DNA of 64,000 nt. Origin: Pirellulales bacterium (GTDB taxonomy: Bacteria > Planctomycetota > Planctomycetia > Pirellulales > JAICIG01). The translations under genes and the position numbers were made by a program. The DNA lies in contig JBBDYJ010000035.1 in the NCBI GenBank assembly GCA_040901675.1, positions 32,001 to 96,000 on the forward strand, in the 5' to 3' direction. The first letter of the stretch is position 1. Every line of letters begins with the position of its first letter. Shown one piece after another: positions 48,201 through 57,886 of this stretch. The notes under the pieces were generated by a model. It ran no database searches. It was not told the DNA's origin and saw only the letters and a program-made list of their open reading frames with translations.

Positions 48201-49553
48201 TCACACCTCCGGATGCTTCCACGGCTTGCGGTACGGCCGCCGCAGTAGCTCGTTGGCTTCGGCGTCGCCGGCGACTTGTCCCGTTTCAGCGTCCCAGGCG
48301 AGCGCTCGGCCGAGCTGCATCGACAGGTTGGCCAGGATGCAGCTTGCCGTGGAGATGTGCCCTTGCTCGATGTCGGCGACCGGTTTCGTGCGGTTGACAA
48401 CGGCGTGCACAAAGTCGCGCTGGTGGGCCCGGTTGGCGGTGGCGGCGTGCAGCTCCATGTCTTCCTCGGTCTTGTCTTCCGGGTACTTGTCCTCGGGGTC
48501 GAAGGCGGCCGTCCCCGACAATTCCGCCTCCCTCTTTCCGATCGGGATGAAGTCGTAGCGGTGAACGTCCAGCTTCAGCGTCCCCTTCTCGCCATGGATA
48601 AAGGCGGCCCAGGGATAATCGGGATTAGGCGGGTTGCCCCAGGTCCGGTGCTGCCAGACGACCGCCAGGTCGCCGAAGTCGAAGGTGGCCGCCTGCGTGT
48701 CGGCCGTGTTCGATTTGCCTCCCTTCTGCACCAGGATGCCGCCCGTCGATGAAATCCTCAGCGGCCAGCCCAGGTCGAGCATCCACCGCACCATGTCGAG
48801 CATGTGGATGCACATGTCGCCCATGATGCCGTTGCCGTATTCCATGAACGTCCGCCACCAGCGCTTGTGGGGCAACCCGTCGTAGGGCCGCAGCGCCGCG
48901 GGGCCGGTCCACATCTCGTAGTCCAGGTGCTCCGGCGGACTGGTGACCGGCGGATCGCCGTTGGCCCGCATGTGATAGTAGCAGCAGACCTCCACGTGGC
49001 CGATTTTTCCCAGGCGGCCTTCCTTGATGACTCGATCCCGCGCCTCGACGAGGTGGGGCGTGCTGCGGCGCTGCGTGCCGACCTGCACGACGCGGCCATG
49101 CTCGCGGGCGGCGGCCACCATCGCCTGCCCCTCGACCACGTCGATGCTGATCGGCTTTTGCACGTAGATATCCGCCCCCGCTTCGCAGGCGGCAATCATC
49201 GCCAGGGCGTGCCAGTGGTCGGGCGTGCCGACGAGAACGATGTCGAGGTCCTTCTCCTTGAGCATCTCGCGGTAGTCCCCGTAGAGCCGCGGCCTTTTCT
49301 TCGACGTTTGCCGCTCGGAAACAATCTGGGCGGCCCCCTCGAGCTGCTTCTGGTCCACGTCGCACAGCGAGACGACATCGACGGGTGCCACCTGGATCAG
49401 GCGGAACAGGTCGTTCTTGCCATACCAGCCGCAGCCGATGAGCCCCACGCGCCTGGGCTTCTGGTCGGCAATCTCCTCGGCCAAGAGCCGGCGCGAGGCG
49501 GCGAGCGACAAACCGGCGGCCGTCGTGGCGGTCAGAAAACGTCGGCGGTCCAT
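48201..49553 (-). CDS. Tat-exported Gfo/Idh/MocA oxidoreductase
   Basis: MDRRRFL twin-Arg signal, GLIGCGWYG, TPDHWH, QKP, QVGTQRRS. Confidence 0.93.
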   Translation of the reverse strand: MDRRRFLTATTAAGLSLAASRRLLAEEIADQKPRRVGLIGCGWYGKNDLFRLIQVAPVDVVSLCDVDQKQLEGAAQIVSERQTSKKRPRLYGDYREMLKEKDLDIVLVGTPDHWHALAMIAACEAGADIYVQKPISIDVVEGQAMVAAAREHGRVVQVGTQRRSTPHLVEARDRVIKEGRLGKIGHVEVCCYYHMRANGDPPVTSPPEHLDYEMWTGPAALRPYDGLPHKRWWRTFMEYGNGIMGDMCIHMLDMVRWMLDLGWPLRISSTGGILVQKGGKSNTADTQAATFDFGDLAVVWQHRTWGNPPNPDYPWAAFIHGEKGTLKLDVHRYDFIPIGKREAELSGTAAFDPEDKYPEDKTEEDMELHAATANRAHQRDFVHAVVNRTKPVADIEQGHISTASCILANLSMQLGRALAWDAETGQVAGDAEANELLRRPYRKPWKHPEV

Positions 49554-49786
49554 GGAAAACCTCCTGGAGAAGAGCTGTGGCCATGAGAACTTGGGCACCC
49601 GCCATTATCCCAGAAAGCCGCGCCAGATGCAGCCAGCCCTCGTCAAATCGGCGATCGTCGCGGCGATTGGTGGCCGCCGGCGCCTACTTCGTGCCTCGAC
49701 GGCGACCGCCGTCACGCCTTGTCGTCCTTCCCGGCTAGCCAGCCAAGCAGCCCCTTGGTTCGCCGCTCGTTGCCTGGTCGTTGCGA

Positions 49787-52495
49787 CTAAACCCGCACGG
49801 CCGTGCCGTCGGCGGGCACGGGCGGCGAGTTGAAGTACTCGTCGGTATCGAGAATCTGCGTCTGGATATCGCGCTGCGAAGCTCCCTGCTGCAACTGCGA
49901 CACAAAGGGAGCAATTTCGGCGTCGCTCGTCGGCTGGCGGTTGAGGTATTGCTGGAACCAATCGGTTACCAGGTTGCGGAAGTTCTCGTCGCTTTTGACA
50001 AAGCCCAGCACCACCTGCTCCCGGCCGAGCCTGCCATTGTCAAGGTGGTCCGTCCAGAAGTCGAGCCCTTGCTGGTCGGGCTCGCGGTTCAATAATCGGC
50101 GATACATCTCGGTGACCCACAGTCGGTTGGTGCCTCCAGCCGAAGCGAAGAACTCCGGTGAGCTGATCATCCCGGCAATCACGTTGTCCGGCTCCCCCTC
50201 AACCTGCCAGCGAGTGCGCCAAAACACCAGCCCTTCTTGCTCGGGCTCGCGGAGCAGGAAATCGCGGTAGAACTGCGAGACGATCGGATCGAGCCGCTCC
50301 GCGCTCAGGAAGATGCCGGCAGCCACGTTGCCCAGGCTGGCCTCGCCGGAGTCAATACGACGCGACCAGAATTCCCAGCCGCTGGGCTCGACACCCCGTC
50401 CCAGGATCTGCAAATACAGCTTCTCGACGAGAGCCGCCGTATGGGAGAGCAGCACCACGGGAGTCGCATCGCTCGTGGCCACGCCATCGTCCGCCTGGTA
50501 GCTGAACGAATCGAAGCCCCAAAAGCCGGTGCCGGGCGCGTAGGTGAACGATCCGTCGGCCAACAGGCTGAGCGTGCCGAACTGTGTCTGCGTGGCCTCT
50601 TGCGCCGCCAATGCATCGCCGTCGGCGTCGCTATCGTTCGAGAGGACGCTGCCGGTGGAGTTCACGGCGGCGCCGCTGCCAACGAGGAATCGATCGGCCA
50701 CGGCTTGCGGGGCGACATTGGCCACGATCGTGAACAGGTAGTCTTCCACTTCGCCGTCCGGCGCTGCGCCACGCGGGCTGAGGCCGCCGGCGGTGCTCAG
50801 CCGAAATCGTGCGAAGGTGTCGCCAAACGCGGCATCGGCCGGAACGTCGAAGTTCAGCGGATTGCCGCCGGCGGAGAGCAAAAGATCGGTCGCGATCTGC
50901 TCGCCAACGTCATCCCAATCGCCGTCGGCGTTGAAGTCGATCCAGGCGTTCAACAACCCGGGAGCGGAAGCCGTCACCGTGAGTTCCGCGGACTGCTCGC
51001 GAGCCAGTGCAAAATCGCCGGTTACGCCATCTTCGTCATCCGCCCCGGCACCGTCGTCGCCCAGTGCGTCCGGACTGGGTTGTCCATCGGCCTCGGCATC
51101 TACCGTGGCGCCCAAAGACAGACCGGAACCGATAACGTGCCACGGGCCGTCGTTCTCCAACAGCGTAGGATACCTGCCGTCCACACCGGCCACTGGATCG
51201 GGCGCATCGCCGAAGTCAAAGGTGAGGCCATCCACCTCGTAGGCGCCGATGTCCACGCTCGCGCCCACTTCGCGCGGAAATCCGCTGCCGCGCTGATCGT
51301 TGAGCAGCGAGAGCGGATTGTCGCCCGCGTCGATGGCCGGGCTGTCCGGTCCCAGCGCATGCGTCAGCACGCCGCCGCCGTAGTCGGCCAAGGGCGCCAG
51401 CCGTGGATCCTGTTCTGTAATGTTGCCGCTGTCGGTGCCGTTGATCGTGCCCGCGGGAATGTTCTCCAGCAGGCTGTTCGACACGTCCAAGGCGCCGAAG
51501 GCACGGTGGATGTCGTTGGGGCCGGTCGAGTCGGCGTTGTCGGCCACGATCGTGCTCACCAGCGTCACGTCGCCGGCCACAAGTTGGATGCCGCCGCCCA
51601 CACCGCCGTTGTCGTTATTGAGATCCGAAACATTGTCGGCGATCGTACTGTTGCGGATCGTGGCCGCGCCGGCAGGGGAGTTGAAGTTCAGACCGCCGCC
51701 ATCGTCGCCCGACCTATTGCCCGAGATCGTGCTCTGCGTGATTTGCAGCGTGACGAAGCTATTGTTGGCGATGACCATGGCGCCGCCGAATTGAGCCGCC
51801 TGGTTATCGGCAAAGGTGCTGTCCACCACCGTCATGCTGCCGTTGTTGGCCCGGTAGTCCACCGCCCCGCTGTCGTTGACCGAGGTGTTGCCAATGAAGC
51901 TGCTGGAAAAAATCAGCAGGTCCCCGCCCCCGCCGGCGACAGCCACTGCGCCGCCCCGGCTGCTCTGATTGCCCACGAGCAGGCTGTTCTCGATGCGCAA
52001 GGTGGCGCCGAAGTTGCTGAAAATGGCCCCGCCGAAGTTGCTGAAAATGGCCCCGCCGAAGGTCGCCTGGCCCCCGGTAAGCGTAAGGCCGTCGATCTCC
52101 ACCGTGCCGCTGGTCGCCGTCACGTGGAACAACCGCGACTTCGCCTGGGCATCGATTGTCAACTGCTCGGCTCCGGGGCCGGCGATGGTGAGCGGATTGG
52201 AGATTTCCATCTGGCCCCGCGACAGTTCGATCGATCCGCTCAGACGGGAGGCGAACTGCACCGTGTCGGCGTCGGCGGTGAGATTAGCCTGCTCGATCGC
52301 TTCGCGCAGCGTGAAGTCGCCGGCGCTGAAGTCGCCGTCGCTCTCGTCGGCCAGCGAATCCACCGTAAACACGGTGGCTAGCATCCGCCGATTTTCCAGC
52401 CGCTCAAACCCCCGCCGATCAACCCTGCCGGGCCGGTTGCGGAGACGGCCCGAAGAGCGGCTTTGCCGCGTGGGCCTTCTGGTGAGCCAGTGCAT
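49787..52495 (-). CDS. Planctomycete extracellular protein (Planc_extracel leader, CSLREA-like/beta-helix, choice-of-anchor Q, GEVED, Ig-like, DUF4214-like)
   Basis: RRGFERLENRRML, FTLREAI, GGAI repeats, DQRG..DIGAYE, DFGDAP..GEVEDY, LY..ILGR..G..FW repeats. Confidence 0.88.
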   Translation of the reverse strand: MHWLTRRPTRQSRSSGRLRNRPGRVDRRGFERLENRRMLATVFTVDSLADESDGDFSAGDFTLREAIEQANLTADADTVQFASRLSGSIELSRGQMEISNPLTIAGPGAEQLTIDAQAKSRLFHVTATSGTVEIDGLTLTGGQATFGGAIFSNFGGAIFSNFGATLRIENSLLVGNQSSRGGAVAVAGGGGDLLIFSSSFIGNTSVNDSGAVDYRANNGSMTVVDSTFADNQAAQFGGAMVIANNSFVTLQITQSTISGNRSGDDGGGLNFNSPAGAATIRNSTIADNVSDLNNDNGGVGGGIQLVAGDVTLVSTIVADNADSTGPNDIHRAFGALDVSNSLLENIPAGTINGTDSGNITEQDPRLAPLADYGGGVLTHALGPDSPAIDAGDNPLSLLNDQRGSGFPREVGASVDIGAYEVDGLTFDFGDAPDPVAGVDGRYPTLLENDGPWHVIGSGLSLGATVDAEADGQPSPDALGDDGAGADDEDGVTGDFALAREQSAELTVTASAPGLLNAWIDFNADGDWDDVGEQIATDLLLSAGGNPLNFDVPADAAFGDTFARFRLSTAGGLSPRGAAPDGEVEDYLFTIVANVAPQAVADRFLVGSGAAVNSTGSVLSNDSDADGDALAAQEATQTQFGTLSLLADGSFTYAPGTGFWGFDSFSYQADDGVATSDATPVVLLSHTAALVEKLYLQILGRGVEPSGWEFWSRRIDSGEASLGNVAAGIFLSAERLDPIVSQFYRDFLLREPEQEGLVFWRTRWQVEGEPDNVIAGMISSPEFFASAGGTNRLWVTEMYRRLLNREPDQQGLDFWTDHLDNGRLGREQVVLGFVKSDENFRNLVTDWFQQYLNRQPTSDAEIAPFVSQLQQGASQRDIQTQILDTDEYFNSPPVPADGTAVRV
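52007..52054. repeat. 24-bp perfect in-frame tandem duplication
   Basis: GCCGAAGTTGCTGAAAATGGCCCC x2, giving GGAIFSNF twice. Confidence 0.9.
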
Positions 52496-52952
52496 TCAGC
52501 ACCTCCGTTCGTTATCGACGTCTCGGAGTTGACGTCCGCCGCGCAGCGGGCCTCTCGATCCTTCCCGCGACGGCTTGCGGCAATGGGCGACTCCCACTCT
52601 AGGAAGGCAGGCCGCGAGATACAACCAAAAACTCGGATATTTCGGAGTTTTTTTCATGTCGCAAGTCTGCACCCGCCGTGCTGCCGGGATACGGCAATTT
52701 GAGAGAGGCAGCGAGCTTCGTGAGAAGCGCTCAGTGCATTGAGAGCAATTTGCCACCTGGTATTTCTCCCGGTCTGCCGCTGGTTCTCCGAGTCCGTGGG
52801 GCAATCTTGATCCCCGCCTGCCTTGCGGCCGTTCTCATTTGCATTATGCACGCATCGGTCGTTGAACTGCTGTCTGGCCGCTGGTTAGAATGGGGGGGCC
52901 GAGCAGAACCGCTTACCTGACAGAACACGTCTGTTCTTGCGGAGGAAAAACG

Positions 52953-53474
52953 ATGCGACATCAAACATTCTGGAGCGCGGCGGTCGGTCTGGGCCTGCTC
53001 GTGGGGGCCGGCGCAGTCTGGGCCGAGGAAGACGAGCAGGATATTGCGCTGGAGGATCTGCCGAAGGCGGTTGTCGAGGCCGTCAAAGCCCGATTCCCCG
53101 GCGCGGAACTTGCCGAGGCGGAGAAGGAGACGGAGGACGGCCGAACTCTGTACGAGGTCGAACTGAAGCACAACGCTCAGGAGATCGAAGTCTTGGTGAC
53201 GCCGCAGGGGACGATTGTCGAAATCGAGAAGGAGATCGCTGAGAAGGACCTGCCCAAGGCCGTGCGCAAGGCAGTCGCCCAAAAGTATCCAAGGGCCACA
53301 ATCCAGGAGGCCGAGGAGATTACCGTCGTGAAAGACGGCAAGGATCGGGTCTCATCCTACGAGGTTGTCGTTGCGACCCCTGACAAGAAGACGCGCGAAC
53401 TGTTGCTGAAGCCCGATGGCACGATCAGCAGCGATGAACCGGAGAATGACGACGACCTGGAAACGCATCCCTGA
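52953..53474 (+). CDS. Secreted PepSY-like domain protein
   Basis: Signal peptide; two LPKAV...YEV...DG/QG repeats; GGAGG RBS. Confidence 0.88.
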   Translation: MRHQTFWSAAVGLGLLVGAGAVWAEEDEQDIALEDLPKAVVEAVKARFPGAELAEAEKETEDGRTLYEVELKHNAQEIEVLVTPQGTIVEIEKEIAEKDLPKAVRKAVAQKYPRATIQEAEEITVVKDGKDRVSSYEVVVATPDKKTRELLLKPDGTISSDEPENDDDLETHP

Positions 53475-53493
53475 AGGCAACGAGGCGAAATCC

Positions 53494-54150
53494 ATGTTCA
53501 ACATCTGTCGGCGGTTGGCCGGCGCCGGGTCGTGCCGGTGGGCGGCCTTGGCAACGTATCTTGTCGCTGTCTCATCCGCGGCGATCTATGCGGACACGCG
53601 GGTCGGGCAACCCGGCGATGGCGCTGCGGACACGGAAACGATCTACCGGCTCGACCCGGTGCTCGACGAGCTGCTGCCCGTGCCGCGGGAGGAACAAAGA
53701 GCGGGGCACATCTACCTGCACTACAGCCAGCGGCTGGGCCGCCGCGTGTGGAGCTTCCACCTTGCCAACGGGCGATTCTGGCATGACTTCGGCGAAGGGA
53801 CCGTGCAGCCGGCGCGCCTGTTCGACCTGCGCCGCACGCGTGAAGAGTCATTGGAGCTGCTGGGGCCCGGCCGGGCAGCCCTGAGGGACGAGCTGAGGCG
53901 CACCGGCGGGGCCGCCATGCTGCGTCTGGGCGAAAACGGCCGTTGGACCCCAGCCCACGTTGGTTCGGCGCCCACGATCTACGACAGTCAGACCCGCCGG
54001 CTCTGGCAGCTTGGGGCCAGCGACTATATTCCGGTCAGCCACTCGCCATTCGGCTATTTGTGGACCCGCAGCTCCGGACAATTTGTGCCGTCGTCCAGGG
54101 TCGAGCGTGCACCGAGTCATCCGGCGTTTTCCAGCGAGTGCGGCCGCTGA
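53494..54150 (+). CDS. Hypothetical secreted protein
   Basis: GAGG RBS, hydrophobic leader, aromatic-rich body; follows the PepSY-like gene. Confidence 0.6.
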   Translation: MFNICRRLAGAGSCRWAALATYLVAVSSAAIYADTRVGQPGDGAADTETIYRLDPVLDELLPVPREEQRAGHIYLHYSQRLGRRVWSFHLANGRFWHDFGEGTVQPARLFDLRRTREESLELLGPGRAALRDELRRTGGAAMLRLGENGRWTPAHVGSAPTIYDSQTRRLWQLGASDYIPVSHSPFGYLWTRSSGQFVPSSRVERAPSHPAFSSECGR

Positions 54151-54214
54151 CTTCAGCCAACGACTCCTCGCGATAGGTCTCCAACTTGTACGACCTGGCG
54201 ATGTCATTGCGGCA

Positions 54215-54712
54215 TTACACGTCGTCTTCCGTCGACGCGGCGCTTGAACTCTGGCGCGGCACGACCAGCTTCGCGATAAGCACCTGGACGATCTCGCCCG
54301 ACTGATTGCGGGTTTCGCTGCGGATCGTGGCGATGCCGCGGTCCGGACGAGATCGTGACGGTCTTGCTTCGACGACTTCACTTTCGACATGCAGCACATC
54401 GCCCGCCCGCGTCGGCTTGGGCCAGGCCATTTCCGCGCCAACTCCGACCATCCCGCCGGCAATCGGCACTCCTTCGACGAGCAGCCGCATCGAAACGGCC
54501 GCCGTGTGCCAACCGCTCGCCACCAGCCCTTCGAACATCGTGTCCTTCGCAGCTTCGGCGTCAAGATGAAACGGCTGTGGATCGAACTGCTTCGCGAACG
54601 CCTTGATCTCGTCTTCGCCGATCCGATGCGTGCCGCTGGTGAACCGTTGTCCAACGCGCAGATCGTCAAGGTAGAGGATTCCTTTGCCGCGGAGTTGATT
54701 CGGGTCCGCCAT
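54215..54712 (-). CDS. MaoC family dehydratase
   Basis: FAKQFDPQPFHLD, ASGWHT, SRSRPDRG. Confidence 0.92.
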   Translation of the reverse strand: MADPNQLRGKGILYLDDLRVGQRFTSGTHRIGEDEIKAFAKQFDPQPFHLDAEAAKDTMFEGLVASGWHTAAVSMRLLVEGVPIAGGMVGVGAEMAWPKPTRAGDVLHVESEVVEARPSRSRPDRGIATIRSETRNQSGEIVQVLIAKLVVPRQSSSAASTEDDV

Positions 54713-54718
54713 AATGTT

Positions 54719-57700
54719 TCATCCTCCATGGTTCCGGAAACGCGCACCTGAGATCCGGCGCAAGATCACGTAAAAGCTCGGCGTCAGGAACAGTCCAAAG
54801 GCCGTCACGCCGAGCATGCCGATGGAGACGGCCGTGCCGAGCACCTGCCGCAGCTCGGCTCCCGGACCATGGGCGATTGCCAGCGGCAGCACGCCGAGAA
54901 TGAAGGCAAACGAAGTCATCAGAATTGGGCGAAGCCGCAAGCGGGAGGCCTCGACCGCCGCTTCGATCGCGCTGCGCCCTTCTTCTTCGAGCTGCTTGGC
55001 AAATTCCACAATCAGCACGGCGTTCTTGGCCGCCAGGCCGATCAGAACCACAAAGCCGATCTGGGTAATCAGGTTGTTGTCCATGCCTCGGCTCCAGATG
55101 CCGCCCAGGGCAAATGGCAAGCAGACGGGCGCAATGAGAATGATCGCCAGCGGCAGCGACCAGCTCTCGTACTCGGCGGAGTGCACAAGGAACACGAACA
55201 ACACGCACAGCGGAAAGATGAAAAGCGCCGTGTTGCCGGCAAGCCGTTCCTGAAAGGCAAGCTCGGTCCACTCGATCGCCATCCCGCTCGGAAGCTTCTC
55301 GCGCGCCAAGCGCTCGACCGCCGCAATGGCGTCACCCGAGCTGCGTCCGGCCGCCGCGTTGGCTTGCACTTCCGCGCCCGGAAACATGTTGTAGCGGACG
55401 ACGCGATCGGGACCACTACGCCAATCGACGTTGACCACGGAGCCAAGTGGAACCATGTGTCCCGTGGCGCTGCGGGTCTTGAGCCGCCCAATGTCCTCGG
55501 GCGTGGCTCGGAAGTCGCCCTCCGCCTGGGCCCGCACCTGAAACGTGCGGCCGAAAAGATTGAAGTCGTTGACGTAAACCGACCCCAGATTCACCTGCAA
55601 CGCTTCAAAGATGTTCGCCAGCGGCACGTTGAGCATATTCGCCTTGACGCGATCGACGTCGGCGTAGAGCTGCGGCGTGCTGGCTCGATAGGTCGAGAAC
55701 ACCCCGGTCAGCGCGGCGTCGCTGCGGGCGGCGGCAACCAGCTCATCGGTCGCTTCCTGAAGAGCGCGGGCGCCATGCCCGGCGCGGTCCTGGACGATGA
55801 ATTTAATGCCGCCGGCCGTACCGAGGCCCTGCACTGGCGGAGGCGGAATGACAAAGATGTCGGCGTCGACAATGGTCCACAGCTTGGCCTGCAAGGTTGC
55901 CAGCATCGCGTCCGCATTCCAAGTTGGATCGTCCTCGGTCCGTTCCTCAAAAGGCTTTGGTCCGACGAAAATGGCGCCGGCGTTCGGGCTATTGGCGCGA
56001 GTGGCGCCGGAGAAGCCGACAAAGGACACCGCAAATTCGACGCCCGGCGTCTCAAGAATCATGTCAGTGGCACGCCGCACTACCTCATCCGTGCGCTCCA
56101 GCGAGGCTCCATCTGGAAGTTGGACCACCGTAATCAGATAACCTCTGTCCTGCGCCGGAATGAACCCCGCCGGCACCGTTCGGAAGCCATAGGCGGTAAA
56201 CCCAATCAACAATACGTAAACCGCAACGGCCAACACGACGCGGCGAAGCAGCCAGCCGACCGTGCGGCTGTACACCGAGTTCGTCGCATCGAAGCTGCGG
56301 TTGAACGTTCGAAAAAACCAACCCAATGAGAAATCCCAGGCGCGCCCGAGCCAGTCCTTGCGAGCACCGTGCGGCTGAAGCAAAATGGCGCACAGAGCCG
56401 GGCTCAGCGTCAATGAATTGAAAGCCGAGATCAACGTGGCCACTGCGATCGTGAGCGCGAACTGCCGGTAGAACTGGCCGGAAATGCCGGCGATGAACGC
56501 GGTAGGCACGAACACGGCCGAAAGGCCGGCCGCGATCGCGATCACGGCGCCGGTCACTTCGTCCATGGCCTTGTGCGCCGCCTCACGCGGCTTCAGCCCG
56601 GCGGCGATGTGCCGCTCGACGTTTTCAACGACCACGATTGCGTCGTCGACCACGATGCCGATGGCCAGGACAAGTCCGAACAGCGAGAGCATGTTCAGCG
56701 AAAAGCCAAAGGCCGCCATTGCCGCAAACGTGCCGATCAGCGACACCGGGATGGCAATCAGCGGAATCAGGCTCGCCCGCCAGTTCTGCAAGAAAACGAG
56801 CACGACGATGACGACCAGGATCACCGCTTCAAACAACGTGTGGATCACCGAGTCGATCGACTCGCGTACAAACACGGTCGGGTTGTACACGATGCGATAT
56901 TCGAGACCATCGGGGAAGCTCTTGGAGAGTTCCGCGATCGTTTGCTGCACTCCTTCCGCAGTCGCAAGGGCATTCGAGCCGGGACGTTGGGCGATCACCA
57001 GCGCCACGGCCGGCTCGTTGTTCAAATAGCTGTTGACGGCATAATCGCGCGCGCCCAGCTCGATCCGTGCCACGTCGCGGACCCTGATCACGCGGCCTTC
57101 CTCTCCGGTCTTCAGTATGATGTTGCCGAACTGCTCAGGCTCCAGGAGCCGGCCAAGAGTGTTCACTGAAAGCTGGTAGTCGGCGCCGGTGGGAATAGGG
57201 GCCTGGCCAATGACGCCGGAGGCGACTTGCAGGTTCTGCTCGCGCAGCGATCGCACCACGTCGCCGGGCGTGAGCGAAAGGTGAGCGAGCCGTTCCGGGT
57301 CAAGCCATGCCCGCATGCTGTATTCACGCAGACCGAAAGGCGTCACGTCTCCCACTCCATCGACGCGCGCCAAGGCGTCGCGAAGCTGAATGAGCGCGTA
57401 ATTGCCGATGTAGAGTTGGTCATACCGCTTGTCCGGTGAGATGATGTGGATGACCATCAAGAGATCCGGCGATGACTTGAGCGTCGTCACGCCCAATCGG
57501 CGGACGTCCTCCGGCAGGCGGGGCTCGGCAATGGCAACCCGGTTTTGAACCAGCACCTGGGCCGTGTCTAAATCCGTTCCCAGCTTAAACGTGATGGTCA
57601 GCGTCATCTGCCCATCCGTCGTAGTCTGGGACGACATGTAGAGCATGTTTTCGACGCCGTTCACCTCCTGTTCGATCGGAGTGGCCACCGTTTCCGCAAT

Positions 57701-57886
57701 GACTTCAGGCGACGCGCCCGGATACGAGGCGCGGACGACGATGGTGGGCGGCACCACGTCGGGGTATTGAGCCGCGGGCAGTGACAAGTACGCGATCCCG
57801 CCCAGGATCACGATGAAGACCGAGACGACGGTGGCAAAGATCGGACGGCCGGATAGACAGCCACTCCGCCTTCGGCACCGGCTCAT
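54719..57886 (-). CDS. RND efflux permease (HAE1/AcrB family); native N-terminus appears lost
   Basis: RPIFA, QYP..PP, IGIVVDDAIVVVENV, AAKNAVLIVEFA, RLRPILMTS; start uncertain. Confidence 0.92.
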   Translation of the reverse strand: MSRCRRRSGCLSGRPIFATVVSVFIVILGGIAYLSLPAAQYPDVVPPTIVVRASYPGASPEVIAETVATPIEQEVNGVENMLYMSSQTTTDGQMTLTITFKLGTDLDTAQVLVQNRVAIAEPRLPEDVRRLGVTTLKSSPDLLMVIHIISPDKRYDQLYIGNYALIQLRDALARVDGVGDVTPFGLREYSMRAWLDPERLAHLSLTPGDVVRSLREQNLQVASGVIGQAPIPTGADYQLSVNTLGRLLEPEQFGNIILKTGEEGRVIRVRDVARIELGARDYAVNSYLNNEPAVALVIAQRPGSNALATAEGVQQTIAELSKSFPDGLEYRIVYNPTVFVRESIDSVIHTLFEAVILVVIVVLVFLQNWRASLIPLIAIPVSLIGTFAAMAAFGFSLNMLSLFGLVLAIGIVVDDAIVVVENVERHIAAGLKPREAAHKAMDEVTGAVIAIAAGLSAVFVPTAFIAGISGQFYRQFALTIAVATLISAFNSLTLSPALCAILLQPHGARKDWLGRAWDFSLGWFFRTFNRSFDATNSVYSRTVGWLLRRVVLAVAVYVLLIGFTAYGFRTVPAGFIPAQDRGYLITVVQLPDGASLERTDEVVRRATDMILETPGVEFAVSFVGFSGATRANSPNAGAIFVGPKPFEERTEDDPTWNADAMLATLQAKLWTIVDADIFVIPPPPVQGLGTAGGIKFIVQDRAGHGARALQEATDELVAAARSDAALTGVFSTYRASTPQLYADVDRVKANMLNVPLANIFEALQVNLGSVYVNDFNLFGRTFQVRAQAEGDFRATPEDIGRLKTRSATGHMVPLGSVVNVDWRSGPDRVVRYNMFPGAEVQANAAAGRSSGDAIAAVERLAREKLPSGMAIEWTELAFQERLAGNTALFIFPLCVLFVFLVHSAEYESWSLPLAIILIAPVCLPFALGGIWSRGMDNNLITQIGFVVLIGLAAKNAVLIVEFAKQLEEEGRSAIEAAVEASRLRLRPILMTSFAFILGVLPLAIAHGPGAELRQVLGTAVSIGMLGVTAFGLFLTPSFYVILRRISGARFRNHGG

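Noticed and set aside
10809..52381. Long antisense or alternate-frame ORFs (e.g. 10809-12545, 13644-15578, 20023-22110, 25606-27297, 28279-30192, 50237-52381)
   Set aside because: Shadow ORFs expected from high-GC codon bias opposite well-supported genes
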